Positions 8,353 through 16,836 are shown, counted from the first letter of the stretch. The stretch: 46,775 nucleotides of DNA from an uncultured Muribaculaceae bacterium (GCA_964542235.1 CAZITT010000001.1:1-46775); one strand, 5' to 3'. The notes: generated from the letters alone by a model not told the origin. Numbers and translations are program-made.

Positions 8353-9717
8353 ATGAAAAAAATATATTACAAGTTATTTATATATAGTTTATTAATTTTT
8401 TTACTTGGTATTCCAACCATTGTTGCTAGTGCTGCTACTATTAAAATGACAACTTCTTCATCAACATCAACGATTGTCGTAGGAAAAACATTTACTGTTA
8501 AAGTAGTAGTATCTTCAAATGTTCCAATGGGAGCTTGGGGTTATACTGTAAACTATAATACAAAATTATTTAAATTAATTAGTGGTAAATCATCAGTTGC
8601 TGATGTTGCAAATAGCGGTAATGTTAAAAGTGTAACTTATTCTTATTCATATAAGGCAATCGCATCAGGAACTGGTTCAATTGGCGTAAAATCATATGAA
8701 GCTTACATTTGGGAAAATAATCAAAAAGCAACTGTTAGTCCATTAAGCAAATCAATAAAAGTTATTACCCAATCTCAGCTTGAATCATCTTATAGTTCTA
8801 ATAATTATTTATCATCATTATCAGTTTCCGGCTATAGCCTATCTCCAGCTTTTAATAAAGATGTAACTAGCTATAAAGTAACGTTAAATCCTAATATTGA
8901 AAAGATTACTATTAATGCTACTAAAGCTGATAAAACTGCTTCCCTATCAGGAACAGGAACAAAAGCTGTTAGTGAAGGTGAAAATAAAATATCTGTTGTA
9001 GTAACATCCCAAAAAGGAACAAAAAGAACGTATACTATTATTGCAACTGTTATTGATAAAAATCCTATTAAAACAACTATCAACAACGTTGAATATACAA
9101 TAATTAAAAGAAGTAGTTTATTAAAAGCTCCATCTATTGCCTATCAAGCAAAAACTATAAATATTAATGGTCAAAACATTCCAGCTTTTTATAGTGAAAT
9201 TACTGATTATACTTTAGTTGGTCTTAAGGATAGTGAAGGGAACATTTTTCTTGGTATATATGATGAAGTTAATAATAAATATACACCTTATCAAGAAATT
9301 GAATTTGAAGATGTTACCTTTTACGCACTACCCTTTCCAGAAGAAATAAAAGATTACATCAAAACAAATATTACAATTAATGGAGTTACTATTATTGGTT
9401 ATAAATATGATAAAGATTCAAAATATGCTTTATTATATGGAATAAACGTTAATACAGGTAAAAAAAGTATTTATATGTATGATAGTGAAGAAAATACAAT
9501 TCAAAGATATAATAATGAAGAAATAATTAATTTATATAATAAAAATAAAGATCAAACTATGATAATTTATTATCTAATTGCTGGTATATTACTAGAGCTT
9601 ATTACTGTTGCAATTTTAGTAATAAGAATTATATTGAAAAATAAAAAAAGAAAGAAAAGTAAAAATGAATTAATTGAAGATAAAAAGAAGAAATCTAAAA
9701 CTAAAAAAAATAACTAA
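8353..9717 (+). CDS. type I membrane-anchored surface protein with an N-terminal cohesin-like domain and a cadherin-like beta-sandwich domain
   Basis: Signal peptide ends VASAAT. Residues ~28-137 (TIVVGKTFTVKVVVSSNVPMGAWGYTVNYNTKLFKLISG) follow the cohesin pattern. Cadherin-like module: YLSSLSVSGYSLSPAFNKDVTSYKVTL...GTKRTYTIIATV. A C-terminal TM (IIYYLIAGILLELITVAILVI) is followed by a Lys-rich tail. Confidence 0.6.
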   Translation: MKKIYYKLFIYSLLIFLLGIPTIVASAATIKMTTSSSTSTIVVGKTFTVKVVVSSNVPMGAWGYTVNYNTKLFKLISGKSSVADVANSGNVKSVTYSYSYKAIASGTGSIGVKSYEAYIWENNQKATVSPLSKSIKVITQSQLESSYSSNNYLSSLSVSGYSLSPAFNKDVTSYKVTLNPNIEKITINATKADKTASLSGTGTKAVSEGENKISVVVTSQKGTKRTYTIIATVIDKNPIKTTINNVEYTIIKRSSLLKAPSIAYQAKTININGQNIPAFYSEITDYTLVGLKDSEGNIFLGIYDEVNNKYTPYQEIEFEDVTFYALPFPEEIKDYIKTNITINGVTIIGYKYDKDSKYALLYGINVNTGKKSIYMYDSEENTIQRYNNEEIINLYNKNKDQTMIIYYLIAGILLELITVAILVIRIILKNKKRKKSKNELIEDKKKKSKTKKNN

Positions 9718-10343
9718 CTGTTATTTTTTTTATAATAATCACAAATATTTTTTAACTTACAATCATCACATAATGGATTTTTAGCTTTACAATAATATCT
9801 TCCAAATAAAACTAACTGATAATGAATCCTATTCCAATTTTCTTTTAGAAATAATTTTTTTAATTTATTTTCAATTTTTAAAACATCATCATTATTTTTG
9901 GCAATATTCAATCTTTTGCTTACCCTACTTACATGAGTATCAACTGCTATATTAGGTATATCATATAAAGTACTTAAAACAACATTTGCTGTTTTTCTAC
10001 CAACCATTGGTAAATTTTCTAAATATCTTCTTTTAGTTGGTACTTTACCTTGATATTTATTATCTAATTCTTTAGCTATTTCGATTATTGCTTTACTTTT
10101 TTTGTTAAAATTTCCTAATTCTTTAACAATTGGTATAATATCATCAATATTAGCATTTGCTAAATCTTTCAAATTCTGATATTTAGTAAACAATACTGGT
10201 GTTACTTTATTTACTCTCTTATCTGTTGTTTGAGCACTTAGCATTACAGCAATTAAAAATTCATAATCTTTATTATAAACTAATTCACATTTTGGATTGG
10301 GAAATAAAATATTTAAATACTCTTCAATTTCATTCATTTTCAT
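9714..10343 (-). CDS. nth: endonuclease III
   Basis: HhH-GPD motifs (MLSAQTTDKRVN, LPMVGRKTANVVL, VDTHVSRVSKRL). C-terminal 4Fe-4S ligand spacing C-x6-C-x2-C-x5-C (CKAKNPLCDDCKLKNIC). Confidence 0.9.
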   Translation of the reverse strand: MKMNEIEEYLNILFPNPKCELVYNKDYEFLIAVMLSAQTTDKRVNKVTPVLFTKYQNLKDLANANIDDIIPIVKELGNFNKKSKAIIEIAKELDNKYQGKVPTKRRYLENLPMVGRKTANVVLSTLYDIPNIAVDTHVSRVSKRLNIAKNNDDVLKIENKLKKLFLKENWNRIHYQLVLFGRYYCKAKNPLCDDCKLKNICDYYKKNNS

Positions 10344-10950
10344 CTAACCAGTTATAATCAAATATTTCAATGTTGTCTTCTTCTTTATCTTTTATTTTTT
10401 TATAACCTTTTTTACTCCATTCATATAAAATTTTATCAATATATTTTAGATTAAATACTCCACACAACACCGCTTCTTTAACAGCATCTAAAATCATTTT
10501 TTCATCTATTTTATTATCTAACCATTTTTTTATTGTTTCAAATTCAATAGGACTAAGTACTCTACCAAATTCTTTTTCTATAACAGAATAGATATTTGAA
10601 TCAATAATTTCCTCATCATTTTCAACAATTAAATTAGCAATCTTATTGTTAAAATTATCAATATCTAAATATTCTTCACTAATACCTTTATCGTTTTTTA
10701 TAATCTTAACTGTAATTAATTTTTTATTTATCAAACCTGTTATAATTTCCATAATTAGGTTTATTTCATAACCTAGTTCATTATGAAATAATTCTACATC
10801 AAACGGGATTTTATCACCATATTTTCCTAAATAAGATAAAAATATTATTTCTCTTTCACTAATATTTAATTTGGAATAATATTTAATAATATAGGTTGGA
10901 ATTATAATACTTTTGCTTTTCATCATATCTAGTATTTTTTTATTTTTCAT
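10330..10950 (-). CDS. dnaD: DnaD-domain replication initiation / membrane attachment protein
   Basis: N-terminal winged-helix-like region and a C-terminal DnaD-like domain (SPIEFETIKKWLDN...ILDAVKEAV...KYIDKILYEWSKKG). It lies directly upstream of nth, as in Bacillus. Confidence 0.75.
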   Translation of the reverse strand: MKNKKILDMMKSKSIIIPTYIIKYYSKLNISEREIIFLSYLGKYGDKIPFDVELFHNELGYEINLIMEIITGLINKKLITVKIIKNDKGISEEYLDIDNFNNKIANLIVENDEEIIDSNIYSVIEKEFGRVLSPIEFETIKKWLDNKIDEKMILDAVKEAVLCGVFNLKYIDKILYEWSKKGYKKIKDKEEDNIEIFDYNWLDENE

Positions 10951-10952
10951 AA

Positions 10953-12047
10953 CTACCCCCTATAAGTTTTTTCAATATATTTTTTTAATTTTTCTTTATC
11001 ATTTTTTAATTTGTCATTAACTATTTTATATTCTATATCCTTTATTATATCTTTTAAAAATGGTCCAGGTTCTTTATTTAGTATATCACATATTTCATTA
11101 GCCGAAATATTAATTTCACTAATACTTTTTATTTGTAACTTATTATACTTTTTTAAATATTCAATTTTATTTAATTTTTTTAATTCACATACAATGCTTA
11201 ATATATAATTGCCATATTTATACATAATATATTTATTTTTTATGTCTTCATTGATCATGCTTCTAATATCTTCTATAATCCCCTTTTCTTCCTTTGTATA
11301 AGGGTAATAATTATTTTTATCAATAACTGCCCATATCCCTATTAAATCATTCGTTAAAAGAGCTTTTTCGACATTTACAATATCTAATGATTTTTCTAAA
11401 TCTAGTTCTTTGATTAAATTAATTCCTTTTTCTTTATTAACACTCATAAATATTCTATTTAATTCATCTTTTTTTCTATAAAATGATAAAATTTTTAATA
11501 AATCTTTATTATTTATTATCGCTTGTTTTAATTCATTATCTATTTTAAAATCTAAAACTGTTGCAAATCTGATTGCTCTTAATATTCTTAGACTATCTTC
11601 TTCTATTTTTAAATTAGCATTACCTACTGTCTTAATCAATTGATTATTTAAATCATTGTTAGCATGTAACATATCAATAATATTGCCATCTTTATCCATA
11701 CAAAGAGTATTAACAGTAAAATCTCTTCTTAATAAATCTTCTTTTAAATCATCAATATATTTTATTTCAACTGGTTTACGATTATTTTCATATTTAATTT
11801 CTTTTCTAAAAGTTGTAATTTCAAAATCAATATTATTGATTTTGAAATGAATTGATCCATATTCAAATGGCGATATAATCGCTTCATCAAACAATTTTTG
11901 GATTTCTTTAGGTGTTGCATTAGTACAAATGTCAATATCATAGGTATCAATTTTTAAAATTAAATCTCTTACAAATCCCCCTATTATATAAGCTTGATAC
12001 CCATTATCTGCTAGTTTTTTGATAATTTTTAGAGCTTCTTCTTTCAT
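10953..12047 (-). CDS. cca: CCA-adding tRNA nucleotidyltransferase
   Basis: N-terminal polymerase-beta nucleotidyltransferase motif GGFVRDLIL...DIDICT, followed by RRDFTVN and LRAIRFA motifs. Confidence 0.85.
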   Translation of the reverse strand: MKEEALKIIKKLADNGYQAYIIGGFVRDLILKIDTYDIDICTNATPKEIQKLFDEAIISPFEYGSIHFKINNIDFEITTFRKEIKYENNRKPVEIKYIDDLKEDLLRRDFTVNTLCMDKDGNIIDMLHANNDLNNQLIKTVGNANLKIEEDSLRILRAIRFATVLDFKIDNELKQAIINNKDLLKILSFYRKKDELNRIFMSVNKEKGINLIKELDLEKSLDIVNVEKALLTNDLIGIWAVIDKNNYYPYTKEEKGIIEDIRSMINEDIKNKYIMYKYGNYILSIVCELKKLNKIEYLKKYNKLQIKSISEINISANEICDILNKEPGPFLKDIIKDIEYKIVNDKLKNDKEKLKKYIEKTYRG

Positions 12048-12084
12048 AAATATTACCTCAATCCAATTATATCAAATTTAACAT

Positions 12085-12107
12085 TAAAAAACTGTTTAAT
12101 AAACAGT
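12085..12107 (-). terminator. small hairpin plus U tract downstream of the tRNA pair
   Basis: The minus strand reads ACTGTTTattAAACAGT followed by TTTTTT. It is followed by an extended -10 (TGATATAAT, plus-strand 12066-12074) for cca. Confidence 0.4.
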
Positions 12108-12257
12108 GTCAAACAAAGGAACTAAAACTATTGTATATTTATTTAAGTATTAAGTTCCTTTCTTTAATCTAACCACTATTATTATTTTATCATAACTTTT
12201 TTAAATACTCAAATTAACTGTTATAAAAAAATTAGAATTATATCTAATTATTTTTTT

Positions 12258-12333
12258 TGGTAGCCTGTATGGGACTTGAACCCACGAATATTGCCTTGAG
12301 AGGGCAACGTGTTAACCCCTTCACCAACAGGCC
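12258..12333 (-). tRNA. tRNA-Glu, anticodon read as CUC, CCA encoded
   Basis: Reverse complement reads GGCCTGTTGGTGAAGGGGTTAACACGTTGCCCTCTCAAGGCAATATTCGTGGGTTCAAGTCCCATACAGGCTACCA. The Glu-type short D stem is GTG/CAC. The anticodon stem TTGCC/GGCAA carries loop CTCTCAA. Confidence 0.85.
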
Positions 12334-12373
12334 ATTAAATAAAAAAACTCAAACTTGAGTCTTTAACTTTATT

Positions 12374-12450
12374 TGGTAGCGATGGGGGGGATCGAACCCT
12401 CGACCTCCCGGGTATGAACCGGACGCTCTAGCCAACTGAGCTACATCGCC
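12374..12450 (-). tRNA. tRNA-Met (CAU), elongator type, CCA encoded
   Basis: Reverse complement reads GGCGATGTAGCTCAGTTGGCTAGAGCGTCCGGTTCATACCCGGGAGGTCGAGGGTTCGATCCCCCCCATCGCTACCA. The anticodon loop is TTCATAC. It lacks the three consecutive G-C pairs of initiator tRNA. A lysidine-modified tRNA-Ile2 cannot be excluded from sequence alone. Confidence 0.85.
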
Positions 12451-12469
12451 ATAAAAGTTAAGCAATAAC

Positions 12470-12498
12470 ATTATAGCAAAAGTTATTTAACTTAACAA
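12470..12498 (-). promoter_or_regulatory. sigma-A promoter for the tRNA-Met/tRNA-Glu pair
   Basis: On the minus strand: TTGTTA (12498-12493), 17 nt spacer, TATAAT (12475-12470). This is 19 nt upstream of the tRNA-Met 5' end. Confidence 0.5.
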
Positions 12499-12504
12499 TA
12501 GTTT

Positions 12505-13053
12505 TTAAATATTTAATTTATGCATTACTAATTGTGTTCTTTCTCTAATTAAACATCCTTCTTTATTTTTTTCAGATCTAATAACAAAGATACCCAATCC
12601 AGAAGCAAGAATTCCTGCTCCGCCTAAAATAATAGCTTTTGTTGAGTCTCCTCCTAGAGCATAATGATAAACTAAACTACCAGCACATAAAGTAGTCCCT
12701 ATCCCAGCTATACTGCCAAAAATATTTTTAGATATTCTTAAATTGCAAATTGAATCATTTAATTGATCCATTTTTAAAGAATCAATAATTTGTTTGTCTT
12801 TTTCATGCATATTTCTATAATCAACAGTTGCTATTTTATTATAACATTTACCATCAATATTAATTCTTTCTGCAGATAATATCCTTTCAATAGAAGAAGT
12901 TGCAAAACTTAATAAAGCTTCCCCATTAACATCTTTATTTTGGGGCATATCAACTACTTTAACTAATTTTTTTGCTTCTCCTTTTTTGATTAACAATTCA
13001 ATTGAATCATGATATCTTACAAAAGTTAAACTTAATTCCTTTTTATTTTTCAT
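12505..13053 (-). CDS. hypothetical protein with a C-terminal glycine-zipper membrane segment pair
   Basis: 182 aa with RBS GAAGGGGAAA. The first ~110 aa are soluble with no motif I recognise. The C-terminal part is GSIAGIGTTLCAGSLVYHYALGG...AIILGGAGILASGLGIFVI. Confidence 0.5.
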   Translation of the reverse strand: MKNKKELSLTFVRYHDSIELLIKKGEAKKLVKVVDMPQNKDVNGEALLSFATSSIERILSAERINIDGKCYNKIATVDYRNMHEKDKQIIDSLKMDQLNDSICNLRISKNIFGSIAGIGTTLCAGSLVYHYALGGDSTKAIILGGAGILASGLGIFVIRSEKNKEGCLIRERTQLVMHKLNI

Positions 13054-13111
13054 ATTTTATTTCCCCTTCACATTAAGAATAAGGGAATTATATCATAAAA
13101 CAATAAAAAAA

Positions 13112-13210
13112 TCAATTCTTTTTATTAATTTTAACTCGATAATCAATTTTTATCATTAATAAATTATCTTGTAGTGTATTAAGTAGTTCCATCATATCTA
13201 TATTATTCAT
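13112..13210 (-). CDS. candidate small ORF (32 aa), below the ORF-track length cutoff
   Basis: ATG at 13210 preceded by TAGGAGAAtacatt. It translates to MNNIDMMELLNTLQDNLLMIKIDYRVKINKKN and ends in TGA at 13112-13114. It is co-directional with, and 58 nt upstream of, the 182 aa gene. No homology is recognisable by eye. Confidence 0.25.
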   Translation of the reverse strand: MNNIDMMELLNTLQDNLLMIKIDYRVKINKKN

Positions 13211-13318
13211 AATGTATTCTCCTATTACGATAATACATCAAATAAATAATAATTTGGCAAATTAGACAAAACATATCAAAATATGACAAATAACAATGTT
13301 ATTACACATAAATAACAG

Positions 13319-13347
13319 TAGAAATTTATAGTTATATGTAGTATAAT
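13319..13347 (+). promoter_or_regulatory. putative promoter of recU-ponA
   Basis: TAGAAA (13319-13324), 17 nt spacer, TATAAT (13342-13347). Confidence 0.4.
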
Positions 13348-13367
13348 TAACATATGTGGGTGGTTTA

Positions 13368-13925
13368 ATGAGATATCCAAATAATATAATAAAAGAAAAT
13401 TCTATGTGTTTAAAAAATTATAAAAATAGAGGAATGTCTTTAGAAAGCATGCTTAATGATTCAAATAAATACTACTTGGAATATGATATTGCTGTTATAT
13501 ATAAAAAACCTACCCCAATAAAAGTTTTAGAAACTAAATACAAAACTGGTAATAAACAAGAAATTACCAAAGCCTTTTATGAAGAGAAATCAACAACTGA
13601 TTATAATGGTATTTATAAAGGAATATACATTGATTTTGAGGCAAAAGAAACAAATAATATTAGCATGTTTCCTATATCTAATATTCATAGGCATCAAATA
13701 AAACATATGGAAAAAATTATTAATCATGGAGGTATTAGTTTTGTCATTATAAAATTTAACAGATTAGATAAGATATATTTATTACCAAGTAAAATATTGA
13801 TAAATTTAATTAAAGATAACAAAAAGCACATTAAAATAGATTATTTTAAGGAAAAAGGTTATTTAATTGAAAATAAAATTAAACCAAAATTAGATTACTT
13901 AAAAATAGTTGATAAATTGATATAG
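13368..13925 (+). CDS. recU: Holliday junction resolvase RecU
   Basis: GMSLESMLNDSNKYYLEYDIAVIYKKPTPIKVL and the catalytic-region motif YIDFEAKET. It lies directly upstream of ponA, as in Bacillus. I prefer the ATG at 13368 (GGGTGG RBS) over the GTG at 13356. Confidence 0.9.
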   Translation: MRYPNNIIKENSMCLKNYKNRGMSLESMLNDSNKYYLEYDIAVIYKKPTPIKVLETKYKTGNKQEITKAFYEEKSTTDYNGIYKGIYIDFEAKETNNISMFPISNIHRHQIKHMEKIINHGGISFVIIKFNRLDKIYLLPSKILINLIKDNKKHIKIDYFKEKGYLIENKIKPKLDYLKIVDKLI

Positions 13926-13938
13926 AAGGAGATATAAA

Positions 13939-16812
13939 ATGAGTAAGTTTAAAAAAATATTTAAAGTAAATTCTAAAAAAGAAAAAGTTAAAAAAGTTAG
14001 AGTAAATAAAGTTAAAAGTGAACAAGCTCACTATGGAGATAGAAACAATTTTAATTTAAAAACAAATAAATGGTTTTATCTTGGTGTGACAATTTATACA
14101 TTGTTATTATTTGGGGTTATTTATTTTATATTTGGATCTACTTTAGCAGTTATTTTATTAATTCCTTATACCTTCTTTTTAGTTCTGGCAATGGTTATGG
14201 ATAGAAAAAAAGAAAGATCATTTATTAGAAAAATAATAAAATCAATTCTTACGGCAACTATTATCTTAGGAATTATTGGCATTATGTTATTTGCTGCTTT
14301 CTTTATGTATATTGCTATTACTGCTCCTAAATTTGATAGCGATAAGTTAAATAATGATGAGAAGACTATAATATATGATAAAAATAATACTATTATAACA
14401 ACCATTGGTTTAGAAAAAAGGGAAAAATTAAATTATAATGAATTATCTGATGTTTTAGTAGATGCCATTATAGCAACTGAAGACTCAAGGTTTTTTCAAC
14501 ATAATGGTCTTGATGCTCCTAGGTTTTTTAAAGCAACCGTTGGTCAATTAACAGGTAATTCTGAAGCTGGTGGAGGATCAACTATTACAATGCAAGTTGT
14601 TAAAAATAATTTTACATCTACTACTCGTTCTGGTATTAGAGGCATCATTAGAAAATTTACAGATATATATTTAGCAATATTTAAAATGGAAGCTGGATAT
14701 ACTAAAGAAGAAATATTTGAATTTTATGTTAATGATCCATTTTTAGGAAGTAAGTCATATGGAGTAGAACAAGCATCTCTTACTTATTTTGGTAAGAGTG
14801 CTAAAAATTTAAATTTAGCTGAAGCTTCTCTTATTGCCGGATTGTTCCAGGCACCTGGTGCTTACGATCCTAATATTAATCCAGAAGCTGCTACTCAAAG
14901 AAGAAAAACGGTTTTAGCATTGATGAGACGTCATGGCTATATTACTAAAGAGGAAGAAGATATTGCTAATTCTATTCCAGTTAAAGATTTGTTAATTCCA
15001 TATAATTCATCAAATAGTCCTTATCAAGGCTATATAGATTTAGTTATAGATGAAATTACTGAAAAAACAGGAATGGATCCATATGTAGTACCAATGCTAA
15101 TATATACTAACATGGATAAAAAGAAACAAGATGGCATTAATGACATAATGAATGGCAAAGGTTATAAATGGAAAGATAAAACTATTCAAGCAGGAATTGC
15201 TGCTGTTGAAGTAAATTCTGGTAAAATAGTTGCAATTGGAGCTGGAAGAAATAGAACTGGGGAGCGTACATTTAGTTATGCAGTTGATATAAAACGTCAA
15301 ATAGGTTCAACGGCTAAACCAATATTTGATTATGGTCCAGGTATTGAATTCAATAATTGGTCAACATATACTCTATTTAAAGACGAACCATATCAATATA
15401 GCAATGGTACTAAAATTAAAAACTGGGATAATAAATATTTAGGAACTTTAACTTTAAGGCAAGCTTTAGCAAAATCAAGAAATATTCCTGCTGTTCAAGC
15501 TTTCCAACAAATTGACAATCAAAAAATAATTGAATTTGTAACTTCGCTTGGTATTACTCCAGAGATAGTAAATGGTTATATTCATGAAGCTCATGCCATT
15601 GGCGGTTTCAATGGTTCAAATCCATTAGAACTTGCTGCTGCTTTTGCAGCATTCTCAAATGGCGGTTACTATTATGAACCATATTCAGTTAATAAAATTG
15701 TACTAAGAAACGAAGCCGAAGAAACTACTACTTTTTCTTCAACTCCTACTAGAGTTATGAGTGAAGAAACGGCTTATATGATTACAAATATTTTATATAA
15801 TGGTGTTAATTCTGGGGATATTGGCATTGCAAGAATTTCAGGAGTTGCTCTTGCGGGTAAAACAGGAACAACTGATTACGATCAAAAAACTAGAGATAAA
15901 TATAAATTATCTACTAGTGCTGTTAATGATGCTTGGATTATTGGATATACACCAACATTATCAGTTGGTTTGTGGTATGGTTATGATACAATAACAAAAG
16001 GTGTTTATAATACTATGAGTCAAGCTTCCTATCAAAGAAAAGTTTTATTTAGTGCTATATCAAAAGTTATGTTCTCAAAAACATCTAGCTGGAAACAACC
16101 TACCGGAGTTGTTAGTTCAAAGATAGAAAAAGGAAGTAATCCAGCTATGCTACCAAGTAGTTATACTCCAAGTGATCAAATTGTTACTGAATTATTTAAA
16201 AAAGGATCCACTCCTACTGAAGTATCTTCAAAATATGTTCCTTTACCAACTCCACAAAATGTTAATGTAACATATTCAAGCGGTACTTCAACAATTACAT
16301 GGGATGATGTAACTCCTCATGAAAATATTAATACTACTGAATATGGTGCCTTTGGTTATGAAGTATACTATAATGGCGCTTACTTAGGGTTTACAACTCT
16401 AACAACTTATACTTACGATACAACCTATCCATATGGTACTTATATGATAAAAGCAGCTTACAATAAAATTAAAACGAATAGAAGTAGCGGTGGAAGTTAT
16501 ACCTTATTAAAAGATGCATCTCTTGTTAATTTAACTGTTCAACTTAACAGTCCAACATCATCAGAGACAATTCCAATTGGTTCAAATTATGTTGAACCTT
16601 CTCCTCCAGTCTTAGTATTTGATAACATGATAGATGTAACGTCTTTATCCACAATAACTAAAAATATATATAATTCATCTAATGCTTTTATTGGAACTTC
16701 AATTAGCAGTCTTAATGCTAAAAATAATGAACCTGGAACATATCGAATAGAATACACTGCGGTATATTCAGGTATTACTAAAACTATTAATAAAACAATA
16801 ATTTTTCAATAA
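13939..16812 (+). CDS. ponA: class A penicillin-binding protein (transglycosylase/transpeptidase) with long N- and C-terminal extensions
   Basis: GT51 motif EDSRFFQHNG. Transpeptidase motifs STAKP, SRN and KTGT. The C-terminal ~250 aa contain an FN3-like module (VNVTYSSGTSTITWDDV...YEVYYNG). Confidence 0.95.
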   Translation: MSKFKKIFKVNSKKEKVKKVRVNKVKSEQAHYGDRNNFNLKTNKWFYLGVTIYTLLLFGVIYFIFGSTLAVILLIPYTFFLVLAMVMDRKKERSFIRKIIKSILTATIILGIIGIMLFAAFFMYIAITAPKFDSDKLNNDEKTIIYDKNNTIITTIGLEKREKLNYNELSDVLVDAIIATEDSRFFQHNGLDAPRFFKATVGQLTGNSEAGGGSTITMQVVKNNFTSTTRSGIRGIIRKFTDIYLAIFKMEAGYTKEEIFEFYVNDPFLGSKSYGVEQASLTYFGKSAKNLNLAEASLIAGLFQAPGAYDPNINPEAATQRRKTVLALMRRHGYITKEEEDIANSIPVKDLLIPYNSSNSPYQGYIDLVIDEITEKTGMDPYVVPMLIYTNMDKKKQDGINDIMNGKGYKWKDKTIQAGIAAVEVNSGKIVAIGAGRNRTGERTFSYAVDIKRQIGSTAKPIFDYGPGIEFNNWSTYTLFKDEPYQYSNGTKIKNWDNKYLGTLTLRQALAKSRNIPAVQAFQQIDNQKIIEFVTSLGITPEIVNGYIHEAHAIGGFNGSNPLELAAAFAAFSNGGYYYEPYSVNKIVLRNEAEETTTFSSTPTRVMSEETAYMITNILYNGVNSGDIGIARISGVALAGKTGTTDYDQKTRDKYKLSTSAVNDAWIIGYTPTLSVGLWYGYDTITKGVYNTMSQASYQRKVLFSAISKVMFSKTSSWKQPTGVVSSKIEKGSNPAMLPSSYTPSDQIVTELFKKGSTPTEVSSKYVPLPTPQNVNVTYSSGTSTITWDDVTPHENINTTEYGAFGYEVYYNGAYLGFTTLTTYTYDTTYPYGTYMIKAAYNKIKTNRSSGGSYTLLKDASLVNLTVQLNSPTSSETIPIGSNYVEPSPPVLVFDNMIDVTSLSTITKNIYNSSNAFIGTSISSLNAKNNEPGTYRIEYTAVYSGITKTINKTIIFQ

Positions 16813-16836
16813 AAATGTTCAATAGAACATTTTTTT
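16811..16836 (+). terminator. rho-independent terminator after ponA
   Basis: aaaaatgttc (16811-16820) pairs with gaacattttt (16825-16834) around loop aata. The stem runs into a T tract. Confidence 0.6.

Noticed and set aside
9714-9717. Convergent genes that overlap or abut without any intergenic terminator (cohesin-like gene/nth at 9714-9717; tmcAL/gtrA, 4 nt apart at 27234-27237)
   Set aside because: This is noted as genome compaction. Terminators may lie within the opposing coding sequences. There is no evidence of regulatory antisense function from sequence alone.
12115-12161. 9 bp inverted repeat aaaggaact / agttccttt with a 29 nt loop, downstream of tRNA-Glu
   Set aside because: The loop is too long and the stem too short to argue for a stable structure, and it has no flanking conserved features. 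It could be chance in a 150 nt AT-rich spacer.
12048-13355. tRNA-adjacent genomic island or prophage remnant
   Set aside because: There is no integrase and no visible duplication of a tRNA 3' end as an attachment-site repeat. Base composition is the same as the surroundings. Only one orphan gene and a candidate small ORF are present.
13356-13367. Upstream alternative starts used by the ORF track (GTG 13356, ATG 26097, ATG 28588, ATG 38291, ATG 42319, GTG 24903, GTG 5840, TTG 3884, ATG 30364)
   Set aside because: In each case a downstream ATG has a clear SD sequence at proper spacing and matches the usual family N-terminus. It also removes an overlap with the upstream gene, or the upstream codon overlaps a predicted promoter. 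The shorter models were reported instead.
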